A stretch of 62,244 nucleotides of DNA, the filler included, from Basidioascus undulatus (Eukaryota): the NCBI GenBank assembly GCA_000826855.1. It is 16 parts of 16 records of this genome, joined end to end, with 100 filler letters (N's around TTAATTAATTAA, not from the genome) between each part and the next. Parts side by side here need not be neighbours in the genome. Positions count along the whole stretch, not along the records: positions 20,978 to 44,091 come from JTLS01000273.1; positions 44,192 to 46,695 come from JTLS01002729.1; positions 46,796 to 49,289 come from JTLS01002731.1; positions 49,390 to 51,882 come from JTLS01002732.1; 12 more parts are not named here. One strand, 5' to 3'. The notes below the pieces were generated by a model that was not told the DNA's origin, did not search any database, and saw only the letters and a list, made by a program, of their open reading frames with translations. Of the stretch, positions 38,776 to 50,653 are shown in pieces. The translations under genes and the position numbers were made by a program. Numbering within the stretch: the stretch's first letter is position 1; every line of letters begins with the position of its first letter.

Positions 38776-40286
38776 ATGACGGACTCGAACTTATACCGCT
38801 ACGAGCAAGGTGCGGCTAAAGATCTTGGTTTAAACTGCCTTGACAGTCCACTGACGACACGCCGGAGATTCCAGGCCACCAACGATGTCTACACCCTACC
38901 GGCTTATGGTATGTCTCTCTTTGCTTTATCTTCAGGAGAGTGTCTCACGACCTATTTCTGAAGACGAACAGTTTGACCGCCTCGAAACTCAGGTATCTCA
39001 ACCGCACCTTGGGTCCGCGAGCGAGCTGACGTCAGACTCGTGCTCATTGAAACAGTACCAAGCCCTCACTTGGGCAAGCTGTACTTCAGTCCGGTAGACC
39101 AGATCATTGATAACGTTGAATGGTAGGCCGGAGTCCCCAAATATTGTAAGAAGGCCGTTGAATGAGCGCATTCAAACCGGGACGCTGGCATGCTCTGACG
39201 GTGGACTCGCAGGGACGTGGGGACGGGTTCGGGAGCATGGCTAGTCCATTCTACTTGTCTCTGTTTACGGTAATTTGACACCCTTTGTATCAATAGGTCG
39301 GTGAATATGGCGAAGTAGTTCAAGACGGCCGAAGTGACAGGTATCGACGTGGTCCCGGTTCAGCGGAAGACGTCGGTTCTTTTCCTCTTGCGCATGCTTC
39401 ACACACGAGCCTGACTGTTGAGCTACGATTAGAGAGATCCCCGATAACGTCAAGTTCTAGATCTGCGACGTTACACAGGACGCGGAGGAGCGTTTTGGTC
39501 GAGACTCTTTTGATGTCGTTCACGTCCGCTGTCTCGTTCTCGGGGTGCGTGTTCAGGGCCTTTTCTCCGTGCAATGTCGATGTCTCTGCTCACACAAAGC
39601 TCCGTAGATCAAAAACTGGAAGCCCTTCCTCAACGCTTGTCTCTGTCTCGTGCAGCCCGGCAGCATTTTTCTGGTCTCCGAGCCGAATCTCGACGACTAC
39701 GCGGAGGCGCTGCAAGGCCCCGCCGTCAAGGCGTTCTTCAACGCCGTGTGCCCTCCCTCTCTGGACGATTCAACGCGGTGTCGACGTCGCCCCCGGTGTG
39801 ATCAGTAGGCCGTTTCCGCTCAACCATGGTGTTTCCCCCCGGGCCCTGATCTTTTACACTCATTTGGTAGTCGAAGAGCACTTCGCAACGCTCCAAGCAG
39901 AGAGTGGTATTCAGCAGAATGAAGTTCAAATCATCAACTGCCCGGCTGGAGCATGGTCATGGTGGGAGGGTGAGCAGCAACCAAGCTATACAAGCTGTGA
40001 CATGTTCAAGTTGCTGAACTCCCCACACCGAATAGACGAACAGCTCAAAAAATGCGGGCACCTGGTGGCTCTCAACTGCCTCGCCTTTATGCGGTAAGTC
40101 GTGCTGGACAAACCGTCAGATAATTGCGGGACTAAAACTTGAGCCACTGTATAGTGCTCTTACTCCATTCCTTGTCGCTGGCGGGCATTCGGAGGAAGTC
40201 AAGCAGCTTCGCGTTGAGGTTCGTCACGAGTTTGAGACTTTGCGCAGGAGTGTCCGTTCGTCTTCGCGTACGCCATCAGGGCGTAG
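38776..40286 (+). pseudogene. LaeA-like class I SAM-dependent methyltransferase, copy 2 (stops and frameshift)
   Basis: MTDSNLYRYEQ|RRFQATNDVYTLPA...DVGTGSGAW|SVNMAK*FKTAEVTGIDV...NVKF*ICDV. TAG at 39316-39318 and 39458-39460, and a 1-bp deletion near 40247. Exon structure parallels copy 1. Confidence 0.85.
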
Positions 40287-41130
40287 CGCGATCGGGGCTG
40301 CATTTCTTCAATTCCTATAGATTTATCCTTCTTGAATCATGGCTTCAAAAAACATGCAATCCTTCCACTACTGCTCGATGATCTGGGTCGCCGAATGTGG
40401 GTCGCCGAATGATGGGCTGGAGTCAAAAATGCCTCTTCACAGGAAGTCCTCATCCTTCAACTCTGTACCGAGAGGCTGTTGAGAGCATCAGAATCTAATT
40501 TCTACGTTTATTCAAAAGATAAGCGGGAGCTCACCGGCTGGTCATCCTCATCCGGATCGTACTGTCCTTCCCGCCACGCCCGCAGCTCATGCACGAGCCT
40601 CATCTCCACCACGTCGACATGCTCTGGCGGTACAGTAAGGATCTATTAAGGCAGGTCCCATGTCAAGCGCGTGTCAATGCGTGCCTGATTGGGGCAAGGA
40701 CAGCTTACTCGCTCCTCCAAGGGATCGGTTCGAGGAGATTCTCTTTGCGGTTGGTCCTTCGGCGTTTCGCTCCTCAGATCTGATACAGGCGTGTGAACCA
40801 TGAAGGATACAGAAGGGAGGCTGACAGAGCGTTCTAGCATCGTGAGTCAGCGGGTGCTGAACGAGGTGGGTAGGAGATTTGCGACGCATTTTTCGAATGA
40901 CGACACGTCGAGGAGCTTAATTGCTCTTCGAGAGGAACCTCGAAGGGAGTTGGCTATAGAGAACATATCTGATTGCAACTCAGACGCATTTCATTTGAAC
41001 AGCGTTGGCAAGCCATTGACTGAAAACGACACCTGTTTCCGACAGGCGTAGCTGCGATCGCTTTCAAAGACGCGCACATCTCAACCACATCCCCTTTTCT
41101 AACACAACGTTCAACGGGCAAGACTGAAAT

Positions 41131-44050
41131 CTAAGCAGGCTTCACAAACACCCACACGCCCTCCTCCACAGGCCTGGCGCTCTCCGCGCTCCTCCGCTCC
41201 TCCTCGCGCCCCGCTTCGCCCACACCCCCCTTCCCCAGCACCGTAACGCGCACCTCCCGCCCCTGATCCGGCTGCTGCGCCTCCGCCGACCGGCCCACCA
41301 TCTCCCACACCCTCACGCGCGGCAGCTTGACCTCGCCCACCCGCAGCGGGATGACCTCCCACTCGCCCGTCCAGCTCATCCCCAGCAGCAGGCGCGGGAT
41401 CCGGACCTGCCGCGGCCCAGCAAAGACGAACGTGTCGGACGAGTCGACGTGCAGGGAAAGGTCAGCCGTGCGCCGGGTAGAGGAGGCGTTGGTCAGCACG
41501 CAGAGCAGGCGTGTGGGCTTGTGTAGCGTGAGCGGCGCGGGAGGCGGAGTGAGGATGGCGTGGATGGAGGGCGGGAGAGGCGGGACGGGGGGAAGGGGCA
41601 GGCGGGAAGTCGTCGGCTCGGAAGGAGATTCCACAGAGGTGCTCGGTCTGCGAAGATGCGAATCAGTCGGTCAACGTTGTGTAGCGCGTGCGCCTCTCCG
41701 CGCTACGCCATCTCGCTCACCTTCGCCAAACGACCTCCAACCAACCTGGCGAGCCCGCGGGAGCGTCCTCGTCCTCATCGAGTAGCGCCAAGACATATGA
41801 GAACGCGAAGTCTTCGCCAAACTTCCAGCCTAGCCGCCGCCCGACAGTCCAAGCAGCTCTGTCAGTCGTCCGATCCCCAATCCATGTCCGCGACAAGACT
41901 CACGAGCTGGCAGCAGACCGCGCTCATCCCGATCCAGCGACGTTCCCTTCATCCGCACGATGTCTGGGTTGGCCTGCGTCCACGCCGGCCTATCAGCCAC
42001 CGTGTCGCTCTTGCCCGTACTCCTCGGAAGCGACGCACCTCGCAAACGACCCCCACCCGCAAAACTTCCACGCCCTCTCCGCCCGCCGCGGCGCCCAGCC
42101 TCCCAAGGACCTCGACCGCCCCGACCTCCGGCTCCTCCTCCAGCTCCTCCAGCAGCCCCACCGCGCCCTGGGGCGCCTTGACTTTGCTCTCCCATGCAGC
42201 GTGCACAGCGTGCGCGGTGGGGACGGCCAGTGTCCTCAGCGTCTCAGACGCCGTTTCCTCCGCATCCTTCTCCCTCTGCTTTTCCTCCTCGGCCTCCCTG
42301 GCCTCCCGCACCGCGCGCGCAAGGACCGAGATGTCTAGCAGACGCTCGCCGGCGGCTCCCAGCGCGCGGAGCAGGACAGTCTTGGATGCGCGTCCGCCGG
42401 GAGGGAGGACGCCGAGCGCTGAGCCCTTGATCAAGCCCGTGGACGTCTCGTTGTCCAACGTGATGCTGTTTTCTGGTGGTTCCTCATCCTCAGCACCGTT
42501 AGATGCCAATCCGGTTCAAACAAAGCGAGAAAGAAAGACGAAACGGACCGACGTCGTCCTCCGCCGGCTGAAGGAGCACGTCCAAGCTGACCTCCAGCGA
42601 ACGCTCGTCCACGTTGCGCGCCTCCACGACGATCGGGAACTTCTCGCCGAGATACGCGGGCGCGTCGTACCGGAGGTCGACTTCGATCTTGGGCCTGCGG
42701 CGCTCGACGCTGTCGCCCCAGTGTCCACAGTCAGCGGTCATGAGCTTGAAAAAAGAGCAAGCGAAGAAGAAAGAGGCAATCTTACACGGCGAATGCGGGG
42801 TGCTCGAGCTCGACGGGCCGGAGCTTCCCATCCGCTCCGGACCACAAAGCGCGGTCGGTCGACGCCGTCGGGTCATGAGCGATCTCGACTGTCCACCCGT
42901 TCTGCTCGATGATGAACACGGTAGCGGTGATCTGCCCGTGCCATGTCTTTCATCAGCGCTGACTCATCGTCATTTTTCTTCCACACATAAAGCCTGCGCA
43001 CCTTCAGCTCGCCCTTCTGCCTTCCCTCCACGCGCCCCTCAAACACCTTCCTCTCCCCGCTCTCCCACCTCAGATTCGCCTCCCACACCCTCCCTTCCTG
43101 CCCTCCACCTTCTCGAACCCCCAAATCACCCAGCTCAATTACCTGCGCCTTGTCCCCCGCCTCCGCGGCGTGCCGCACGACGACCGGTGCCCGCCCGTCC
43201 GCGAACTCGATGCGCAGCGCGGAGAAGGGGAGGCGGGGCGTGTGCACGCCGGTCGAGGAGGCGATGTGCAGCTGGAAGGGCGTGGAGTCGTGCACTTCGA
43301 GGGTGGGATGGAGGAAGACGGCGGAGGTGCGGACTGTGGGAGGGAGCGGCAGATAAGCGGAAGGCGGGAGAGATGAGGAAGGGGAGAGATGTGACGTACA
43401 GAGCGGAGAGGAGGTGGACATGTCTGGCTTGACCGGCTGCTTGTCCGCTGATGCAGGAGGGGTCTGCGTGCGGACAACGGACAACGCTCAGCTCGGGATC
43501 TTCCGCCGTCCACAACCCGCGCGTCAAATCAACTCACCTCCAGCATCTCCAGCACCTCCGCCTCGATCCGCAAGAGCTCCTCCTGCACTCTCTCCTCGCC
43601 TGTCCACCGCCGCCCACCGCACACCAATCAGCTTCCTTCCTCTCATTTGCCCTCGAACTCCGTCCCTCGCATCCCTCACTCACGTTGTCCGAGACATTCC
43701 ACCCCAAAGCGTACCGCCGTCTCCCTGTCCTCGGTGCGTTTCGCACAGTCGTACGCGCGCTCCAAGATCGACGCGAGGATGGTCGTCCACCCTTCGCGCC
43801 TGTATGTGCGCGCTATGCGGTCGTAGAACCTGTTTATCCGCGCCCCACATAAGTCAGGTTTATTCCCATGCGGCCAAAGGCACGAAAGTTGGGAAGGAAG
43901 GGAGAGAGTGAGCTGGACGCACCGCAGCGCGATCGCGTAGCGCCCCGCATCATAGTGCGTTTCCGCGAGCCGGGCATTGACCAGGAGCGTGAGGCGCTCG
44001 TTCGTCTTCCCCACGCGCTTCAAGACCTCGTACGCCTTCTCATACAACTG
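41131..44050 (-). CDS. TRAPPC11: TRAPP complex subunit 11 (Foie gras/Gryzun-like), C-terminal part
   Basis: LAETHYDAGRYAIALR|FYDRIARTYRREGWTTIL...; PKIEVDLRYDAPAYLGEKFPIVVEARNVD; HVDSSDTFVFAGPRQVRIPRLL...IPLRVGEVKLPRVRV. Confidence 0.85.
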
Positions 44051-44191
44051 TCACCGCACCCCATCGCTTCTCATTAGCTTTGTTTCCTTCCNNNNNNNNN
44101 NNNNNNNNNNNNNNNNNNNNNNNNNNNNNNNNNNNTTAATTAATTAANNNNNNNNNNNNNNNNNNNNNNNNNNNNNNNNNNNNNNNNNNNN

Positions 44192-45543
44192 GCTCGCAGC
44201 TCCCCGCCGCGCGCCCGCCCCCAAAGAAACGTGTGCGCACGTCCGCCCCGCCTGCGCCTGCGCCAGCAAAGAAAGCACGGGCGGAGCAGGCACCAGAGCC
44301 GGCGCGTGCGGACAGCCAGGAGACGGAGGACGGCGTCAGCCACCCCGGTGCACCGCCGCCGCCTGCGCTCCCCGTGGCGGCGGACGGGGACGCCGCGTCC
44401 CCCGCGTACAGGTCGGATGCGTGCACGTCCGAGTTCGAGCTCCTCCGCGGGGAGAGCTCAACCGTCGGTGAAGTACCGGATTCTCGGCTGCTACCGGTGG
44501 GGAAGAAGCTGCCGCGAGTGGAAGGTGAGGATTTGGGGTTGCCACGTGTTTGGCTCGGCATTCCGCGGGAATCTGATCATGCTAGGTGGGCTGCGCTGGG
44601 ACAGTACTCCAGAACCTCCCAAATGTTCTTATGGATGAGCATGACCCCCGCGAGCGCGCACGCCTGATCGTGTGCGCGTGGGAGGGGTGCGAAGTTGTCC
44701 TGGACTCGGTGAAGAAGCTGGAGAGGCATCTGGAGCTGCATCACTGCTGGGGCCAGATGGTGGGTCCGCTTTTATGGTTAATTGTGCGTGGGAAGGGGCC
44801 GAGGGCTGATGTTGCACAGGGGAGGGACAGGTGTGCCGCTGGGCTGGGTGCACTGCGGAGGGGAGGTTTGAAGGCAAGGGCCAGCTGAGCAGGCATGTGC
44901 ATGAGGAGCACCTGGCGCAGTGGGCCTGGCCTTGCATCCACGCCGGTCAGTGCTCTTGCACTGCCTACAGCCCCAAACAGGTACCACTCACAGTGCTCCC
45001 CCTGCATGAACAGGCTGCGAGAAGACCTTCCCCAAGCGCAGCGGGCTAGTGCACCACCTCAAGCAGGTGCACGTACCTTCCAACACACCTGACTCAGCAC
45101 GAAGCACCCCCAACCTGAGCAGCACCCCTGCACTCCAGCTGCGGCCCCTCGTCACGCTCATGCCACGGCTGACGTGCCCTGCCCCACTTCCCCCGCTCCC
45201 AACACTCCCCAAGCAGCCCCTCCCCTCCTACCTGCTCTACACACCCATCTCCTTCTCCCCACACATCCTGCCTGCCCGCCAGACAACTCTCAACCTCTGG
45301 GTTGCACAGCAGACCCGGACACCTGCTGCGGCCCCGCGCAAGCCGCAGGAGAGCATGCTGGGCAAGGAGTGCATGCACCCACTGTATGCTCAGCCCCTTG
45401 TGGACAGGTATGTGGCACTTGCGGTGGAGCTGGAGGAGCGGGCAGAACAGGATGGCAGGGTTGGGAGTGGGGTGCTTGTGGAACGGGAGGATGAGTTTGA
45501 GAATAGCTTTGGGGGGAGGTGGGTTAAGGGTGTGGGGGCATAG
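44192..45543 (+). CDS. C2H2 zinc-finger protein, C-terminal part
   Basis: CAWEGCEVVLDSVKKLERHLELHH; CRWAGC...QLSRHVHEEH; CIHA|GCEKTFPKRSGLVHHLKQVH; stop at 45541-45543. Confidence 0.78.
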
Positions 45544-46052
45544 ATGGTGTGGGCAACTGTCTTTTTGGGGCTGTGCTGTCATTCAGTGTTCTTTTAGGTA
45601 GCTGTCCAGTGGGGATGGGGGTGTGAGAGATCCTGGAGTGAGACACAACCTGCAGGAGGCTCAGTTGAAGCTCAGGTCAACTGTGTGCAGCACACTGAGG
45701 TTGCACACCGAGCATCTGGTGGGGGTCAAGCTTGGTGGGTGCATGGGTGGTGGAGAGCTGGGTGTCTGAAAAGGTAAGTGGAGGGGAGTTCCACACTCAA
45801 GGGGACGGCAAAGGCTGGCTTGTGGGGGTTGCCCTGCTGGGCAGGTGGTCAAGCAGGCAAGGACTGTTGGTGAGCTAAGTGACAGAGGAAAAACAGGAAG
45901 GCCCTAGGGCCTAGGGGCCTCAAAATGCTGTATTGGAGCTAAAGCTGAAGCCAGAGTACTTGGGACAACTTTCCATTGAGCCATACAAGAAAAATAAAGA
46001 AAAAGAGAAGTTTACAAGGTGCACGGATGTGATGAACCAAGACAGCAACACA

Positions 46053-46167
46053 ATTGCCACAGTTTCTAGCAGCTTCCACTCCATTGCCACATTCTAGCAA
46101 GCTCTACCCTATTTGACAGTTGTAGCAAGCTCTACCCCATTGCCACAGTTGTAGCAGTTTCCACTCC
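46053..46167 (+). repeat. Four imperfect head-to-tail 28-30 bp repeats (consensus about ATTGCCACAGTTGTAGCA..CTCTACCCC)
   Basis: Units start at 46053, 46083, 46111 and 46139 with no spacers. TATATAA follows at 46185-46191; the context is CpG-poor. Confidence 0.85.
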
Positions 46168-46974
46168 ATCCCCTCTCTCTTGTCTATATAAGCCCCCTGG
46201 TTAGCTAGCCTCACTCCCCATCTGATCTCTTGTCCCTAGTCCCCACTCTGTCCAGCCCTTGCTCTCTTGTCCTTTCCCCAGCTAACTGCACCCTTGCCAC
46301 CCACCCTGCTGGTAGTCCCCACTGCAGTTCTGCCCCTGCTGAGCTCAGTTCTTGACAACAGATGAGTAGCATGTGAGCACAAGTGCTGGCCTGTCCCAGT
46401 GTCAGGAATCGGACTGGCAGAGGTGGAGTGAGCTGTCCTTCTTGTTGACACCCAGCTCATCCCATTGTCTGCATGCATATATCTGTACATAGGTGATTGT
46501 TGTCATCCTTCTGCCTATGCTTCATATTTCTTCCTTTCCTAGTGCTCACTTTGGGGGTACCTTTGCTGATGGGCCATCACAATAGTGTCTTCCTGTCAAA
46601 AATTCAACTGGGTGGGGCAGACCACAGTGGGGGCTACCAGCTGACGGGGCTTTATGGTGGCAGGGATAGATTATGCAGTGAGGTAGGGCGGGGGCNNNNN
46701 NNNNNNNNNNNNNNNNNNNNNNNNNNNNNNNNNNNNNNNTTAATTAATTAANNNNNNNNNNNNNNNNNNNNNNNNNNNNNNNNNNNNNNNNNNNNGGGGT
46801 GAGGAGGATGAAGGGATGGGGGGGAGGAGAGGAAGGGACGGACTTTGACTTCGAAGAACTGGCACGTCTTGATGCCGAGGTAGATACCGAGCCAGTTACT
46901 GTTTCCCCGTCCGCCCTCCCATCAATTTCAATCCACCCGCTCGCTCTCGCCGTTGCGTCCGAACGCAGGACGCA

Positions 46975-48535
46975 CCAGACGAGCACGTCCATGATCCAGT
47001 GGTCCCACCTTTTATCCCGCCGTCAGTACCAAAGAGACAAAACATGGAAAGGGGAGAGGGAGGGAGGAGAAAGTGAAAGGAGCAGGAAAAAATCCACGCA
47101 CCAGCATTCGTTGAAGTTCGCGAGCTGGTGCTGCAGGCTGTACTCGCAGACTTCGAACATGACGCTGAGTATCTGGGTGCACCCTCCTCCCTGAATCAGG
47201 AATCTTTTCCCAAAAGTTTCTTAAGGAACGGGCAGGGAAGGAGGGTGGGAAGTGGGGGCGAAGGGGTAGGAGGGGACGGACCCAGCAGAACCAGTAGTCG
47301 CGCAGAATGAGCGCCTTGCCGAACCATCCCAGAGCGTGAGCAAGACAGCTGTGTCCCCCTTCCATCAGTTCATCCAGCTTCCTATCCTGAAGAGCACAAG
47401 ACGGAGACGAACAAGATATCGATTTGATCCTTTTACATTACCCCTCATCAGCGACCCGAGGGCGGGGAGGACTGGGGCGGTGGAGGAGCGTGGCATACCC
47501 AGAGGTTCTGCACCGTAAACTCGCACGCGTCGCCGTACGACTTGTCCGGGAGGGGCACGCCGAGCGCGGAGTCGAGGTGCGTCATTAGGTGGCGGGCGGA
47601 TTCGCGGTCCTGCGCCCAGAACATTGTGGTCAGAAGATGTTCCGGCGAGAGTGGCTGTGGAGGGAGGGAAGAGAGAAGAGGAGGGAGGTAGGGCGAGGGA
47701 GGCGGGAGGGAAGTAGGAAGTGGGACGTGGGAGGAGGGAAGAGGGAGGAGGGAGGAGGGACGGACTTGGAAGAGGAGGAAGACGAGCGCGAGCTCGTAGA
47801 GGAGGTTGACGCCGAGGACGATGCGCCAAAATGCGGGGTGGGGTCCTAGGGAGGCGGGATAGTATCAGAGGACAGCTTAAGCGAGAGTTTCGGGAGGATT
47901 GGGTGGGGGACGCACGAATGAAAGGCCCGTCTCTGAACTGGAGCATCGCGAATAGCAAGAAAGCGCCTATGGCGCAGTAGATGCCTCTGCGATTGCGTCC
48001 ATCCCTCAATCTCAATCGCACAGAGGTGCTGGAGGGGGTGCATTAGAGGGAACCCACAATCGCTCCTTGCTCCTTCCCTCAGGCAAAACGTCTGACGACA
48101 TCGCGACCCACGCAAGCGCGACGAGCGCCCCCGCGAGGGCAGTGAGCGTGCGCGGGTCGTAGAAGAACTCGACAGAGGAGTCCATTTTCTCCGAGAAAGG
48201 GACGATACTGCTCCCTCCTTCTCCATGAGCGTCCCTCCCCCATCTCCCCGACACCCGCTCGCGATGTAGCTTACCGGGTATATCGCCTGTTCTGCCCTCC
48301 TTGAGCACGAAGAATGAAGAAGGTGGGGATGGGAGAGGAAAACGCACTTTGAATGATCAGCCTCAAACACCCCCACCGGCTCGCCGTTCAGCCCTGGCCG
48401 GCGCTCGTCCTCGAGCGCGGCGGGGTCGGAGAGGAAGCCCTCGTCCTCGGTGCTCGAGAGCATCGCGGGCTCCGTACGCGCTGGGGAGGGGACCAGTACC
48501 GGCTTGAGTTTGGGGTCTGGGTCTGTTTGGGACAT
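46975..48535 (-). CDS. Base-exchange phosphatidylserine synthase (PTDSS1/2 family), N-terminal part
   Basis: [117 protein letters not shown]. Confidence 0.93.
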
Positions 48536-48810
48536 CGCGGTGGTTGAGGTGATTGAGGGAAGAGTAAAAGCCGGGGAAAGCCTGAAGAGAAGAGGGGAGG
48601 ATTTCGAGTGGGCAGATCGCTGCACGTGCCGGCTACGCGTCGGCTTATGACATTGGTTTCTTGCCGGTCTTCTTGCCCTCTTCCCACAGTCTAGCCAGCT
48701 GAGCGAGTAACAGCGATACCACGCTCCACATTGCTCTCCAGGTTGATCTTCAACCACCACCATCTCCCGATACCCATTCCACAGCGGGGGGACCACACCC
48801 AAAGCCAACC

Positions 48811-49237
48811 ATGTACGCCTAGGCTCTCCCCGTCTTTCTCCTCCCCACTCACCCCTTGCCCCTCCCCAGGTCCTCCTACGTCTCCACCCGCATCCGGGAC
48901 CTCTCGCAGTCCCTCGACTCCCTCCCGCTCCCAACCACCCACACCCAGTCCACACAAGACGCCTCCTCCACCCCCATCCAAAAGTCCCTCGCCGTCCTCT
49001 CCCTCGAGTCCGTGCACCCGCCCTCGCCCGCGCAGCTCACGGGCGCGCTCGCCACGCTGCAGGGCAGGGAGGACGACGAGCTCGAGTGGGTCCTCCTTGC
49101 ACGCGCGACGCTCGGCGCGTATGATGCTGTTGCGCATCGCTTGCTTGAGGATGCTAGGAGGTTGGAAGATGCGATTTGGTATTGGAGGCAGGTGGAGGAG
49201 AACCGCGGGCAGAGCGCGGTGTATCTGGTGCAGAGTG
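48811..49237 (+). CDS. NCA2: NCA2 (nuclear control of ATPase 2)-like protein, N-terminal part
   Basis: AT|G start split by an intron at 48813-48869; WVLLARATLGAYDAVAHRLLEDARRLEDAIWYWRQVEENRGQSAVYLVQ resembles the Nca2 N-terminal region. Confidence 0.7.
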
Positions 49238-50653
49238 CGTTTCCCCTCCTCTCCTCCTTCCTTTTGTCCCTTTTTTTCAGCTGATCTGTNNNNNNNNNNN
49301 NNNNNNNNNNNNNNNNNNNNNNNNNNNNNNNNNTTAATTAATTAANNNNNNNNNNNNNNNNNNNNNNNNNNNNNNNNNNNNNNNNNNNNGCTAATACTGG
49401 GGAGAATGCGCAGATGGGTGATCAATAGGTGGGGAGCTTCATGCTGTGTAGCTTGAATGCCGGATTGTGAGGCCACTGTGGGGAAACGGGACAAAAGTTA
49501 AAGAGAGGAGAGGAACGAAAGGACGCTCGTGAGCTCATTTATCGTTATCTGAGTTGCGTGCGTTCATTCGTTCGGACACCGCCGAGGGGTCGCCGAACGT
49601 TCGCTGCCGAGCGGGGGCGGCACGCGGAGAGGGGAAGCGGGCCGCGAGGAAAATCCGCCGTGTCGTCCTTGTCAATCCGTCAGTGTTCGGCGTCCGATTT
49701 GGGACGGGCGACGGGCGGGTAGGCGGGGGAGCCGTGAGGAGAGTTGGTGAAATTGGTGAAATTATTGAGGACGGGGACGGAGACGGAGGACGAGTTGAGG
49801 GAAGGATGTGCAGCATGAGGCTTGCGTGGTGACGGTCATCGGCGTGCGACGCGGGGAAGGCAGAAGAACGAGAAGACGCGTTCGATCGAATGATTGATCG
49901 AGGGAATGAAACGAACGAGCAGGAACGAGTAGGGACGAAATCTGTTCCTGTAATGGAACATTGAGCGGCCGTCGGACGGGTGTTCGGCCTCTGCGCGATC
50001 CGCTCGCAGTCGCAGTCGCAGTAGATCAGGCGGGTCTTCAGCGTGGACACCAGCATGGGGCGCGACTGGTGAACATGATGTCAGCTCGGCTGCACGAGGA
50101 GTGCAGGATCGGGATCCGCAGACGTACCACCCGTCTGTCATTCCAGGTCCGGGCGAAGCCGAAGTTCGCTCAGGCAGGTGCGTCTGTTTGAAGCACTGTC
50201 AAGCCCTACGCGTGTGTCAAGCGGGAAGAAGGGAGAGATGAGGTCGGACAGGGTGGAGCGGGGATTGAGTGGGTGAGTGGGTGAGTGCGAAGCGAGTGAG
50301 TGAAAGAGATTCGGCGAAGCATCAGTGATCGAACCCGCCGCGCGTATGCGCATCGGACAAATACGGGTGAAAATACGAGAATGTCAGAGTAGAGCGGCAG
50401 CGGAGATGCAAAAGGTGGGCGAGTGAGCATTGCGCATTGTGAGCAGCGATCGAAATGGACATCGAACGCGAGTGGGCGGATGATGAGCGATCCCACCTGC
50501 GTGCCTGTGAACGTCCCCGCTCCCTCACCCTCCCTCATGAATCAGCCCAACCAGACGCGCCCCCACCCTCCCAGCTCTCCCTCCCTCCCAATCCATCCCA
50601 CTCCAAGCCAACCCCACACCGCAACACATTCCAACGCAATGCATGCCCGCCGC

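Noticed and set aside
39316..39460. Possible TAG-to-Glu recoding (two TAGs aligned with Glu in the paralogue)
   Set aside because: The same copy has frameshifting indels, and intact genes here (cupin, C2H2, Rdx) end in TAG, so pseudogenisation is the simpler reading.
40384..40411. Perfect 14-bp tandem duplication TGGGTCGCCGAATG
   Set aside because: It is an isolated intergenic duplication with no associated element.
41560..42912. Long plus-strand ORFs (450 aa here, 399 aa at 54991-56190, and similar)
   Set aside because: They are antisense shadows of GC-rich genes on the opposite strand, with low-complexity translations.
20978..44091. A 23-kb contig out of size order, possibly a large insertion or island
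   Set aside because: It holds ordinary intron-rich host genes truncated at both ends. The placement is more simply explained by name-based contig sorting.
46053..46167. CRISPR-like array of about 29-bp repeats
   Set aside because: The units are contiguous with no unique spacers, there are no cas genes, and the context is eukaryotic.
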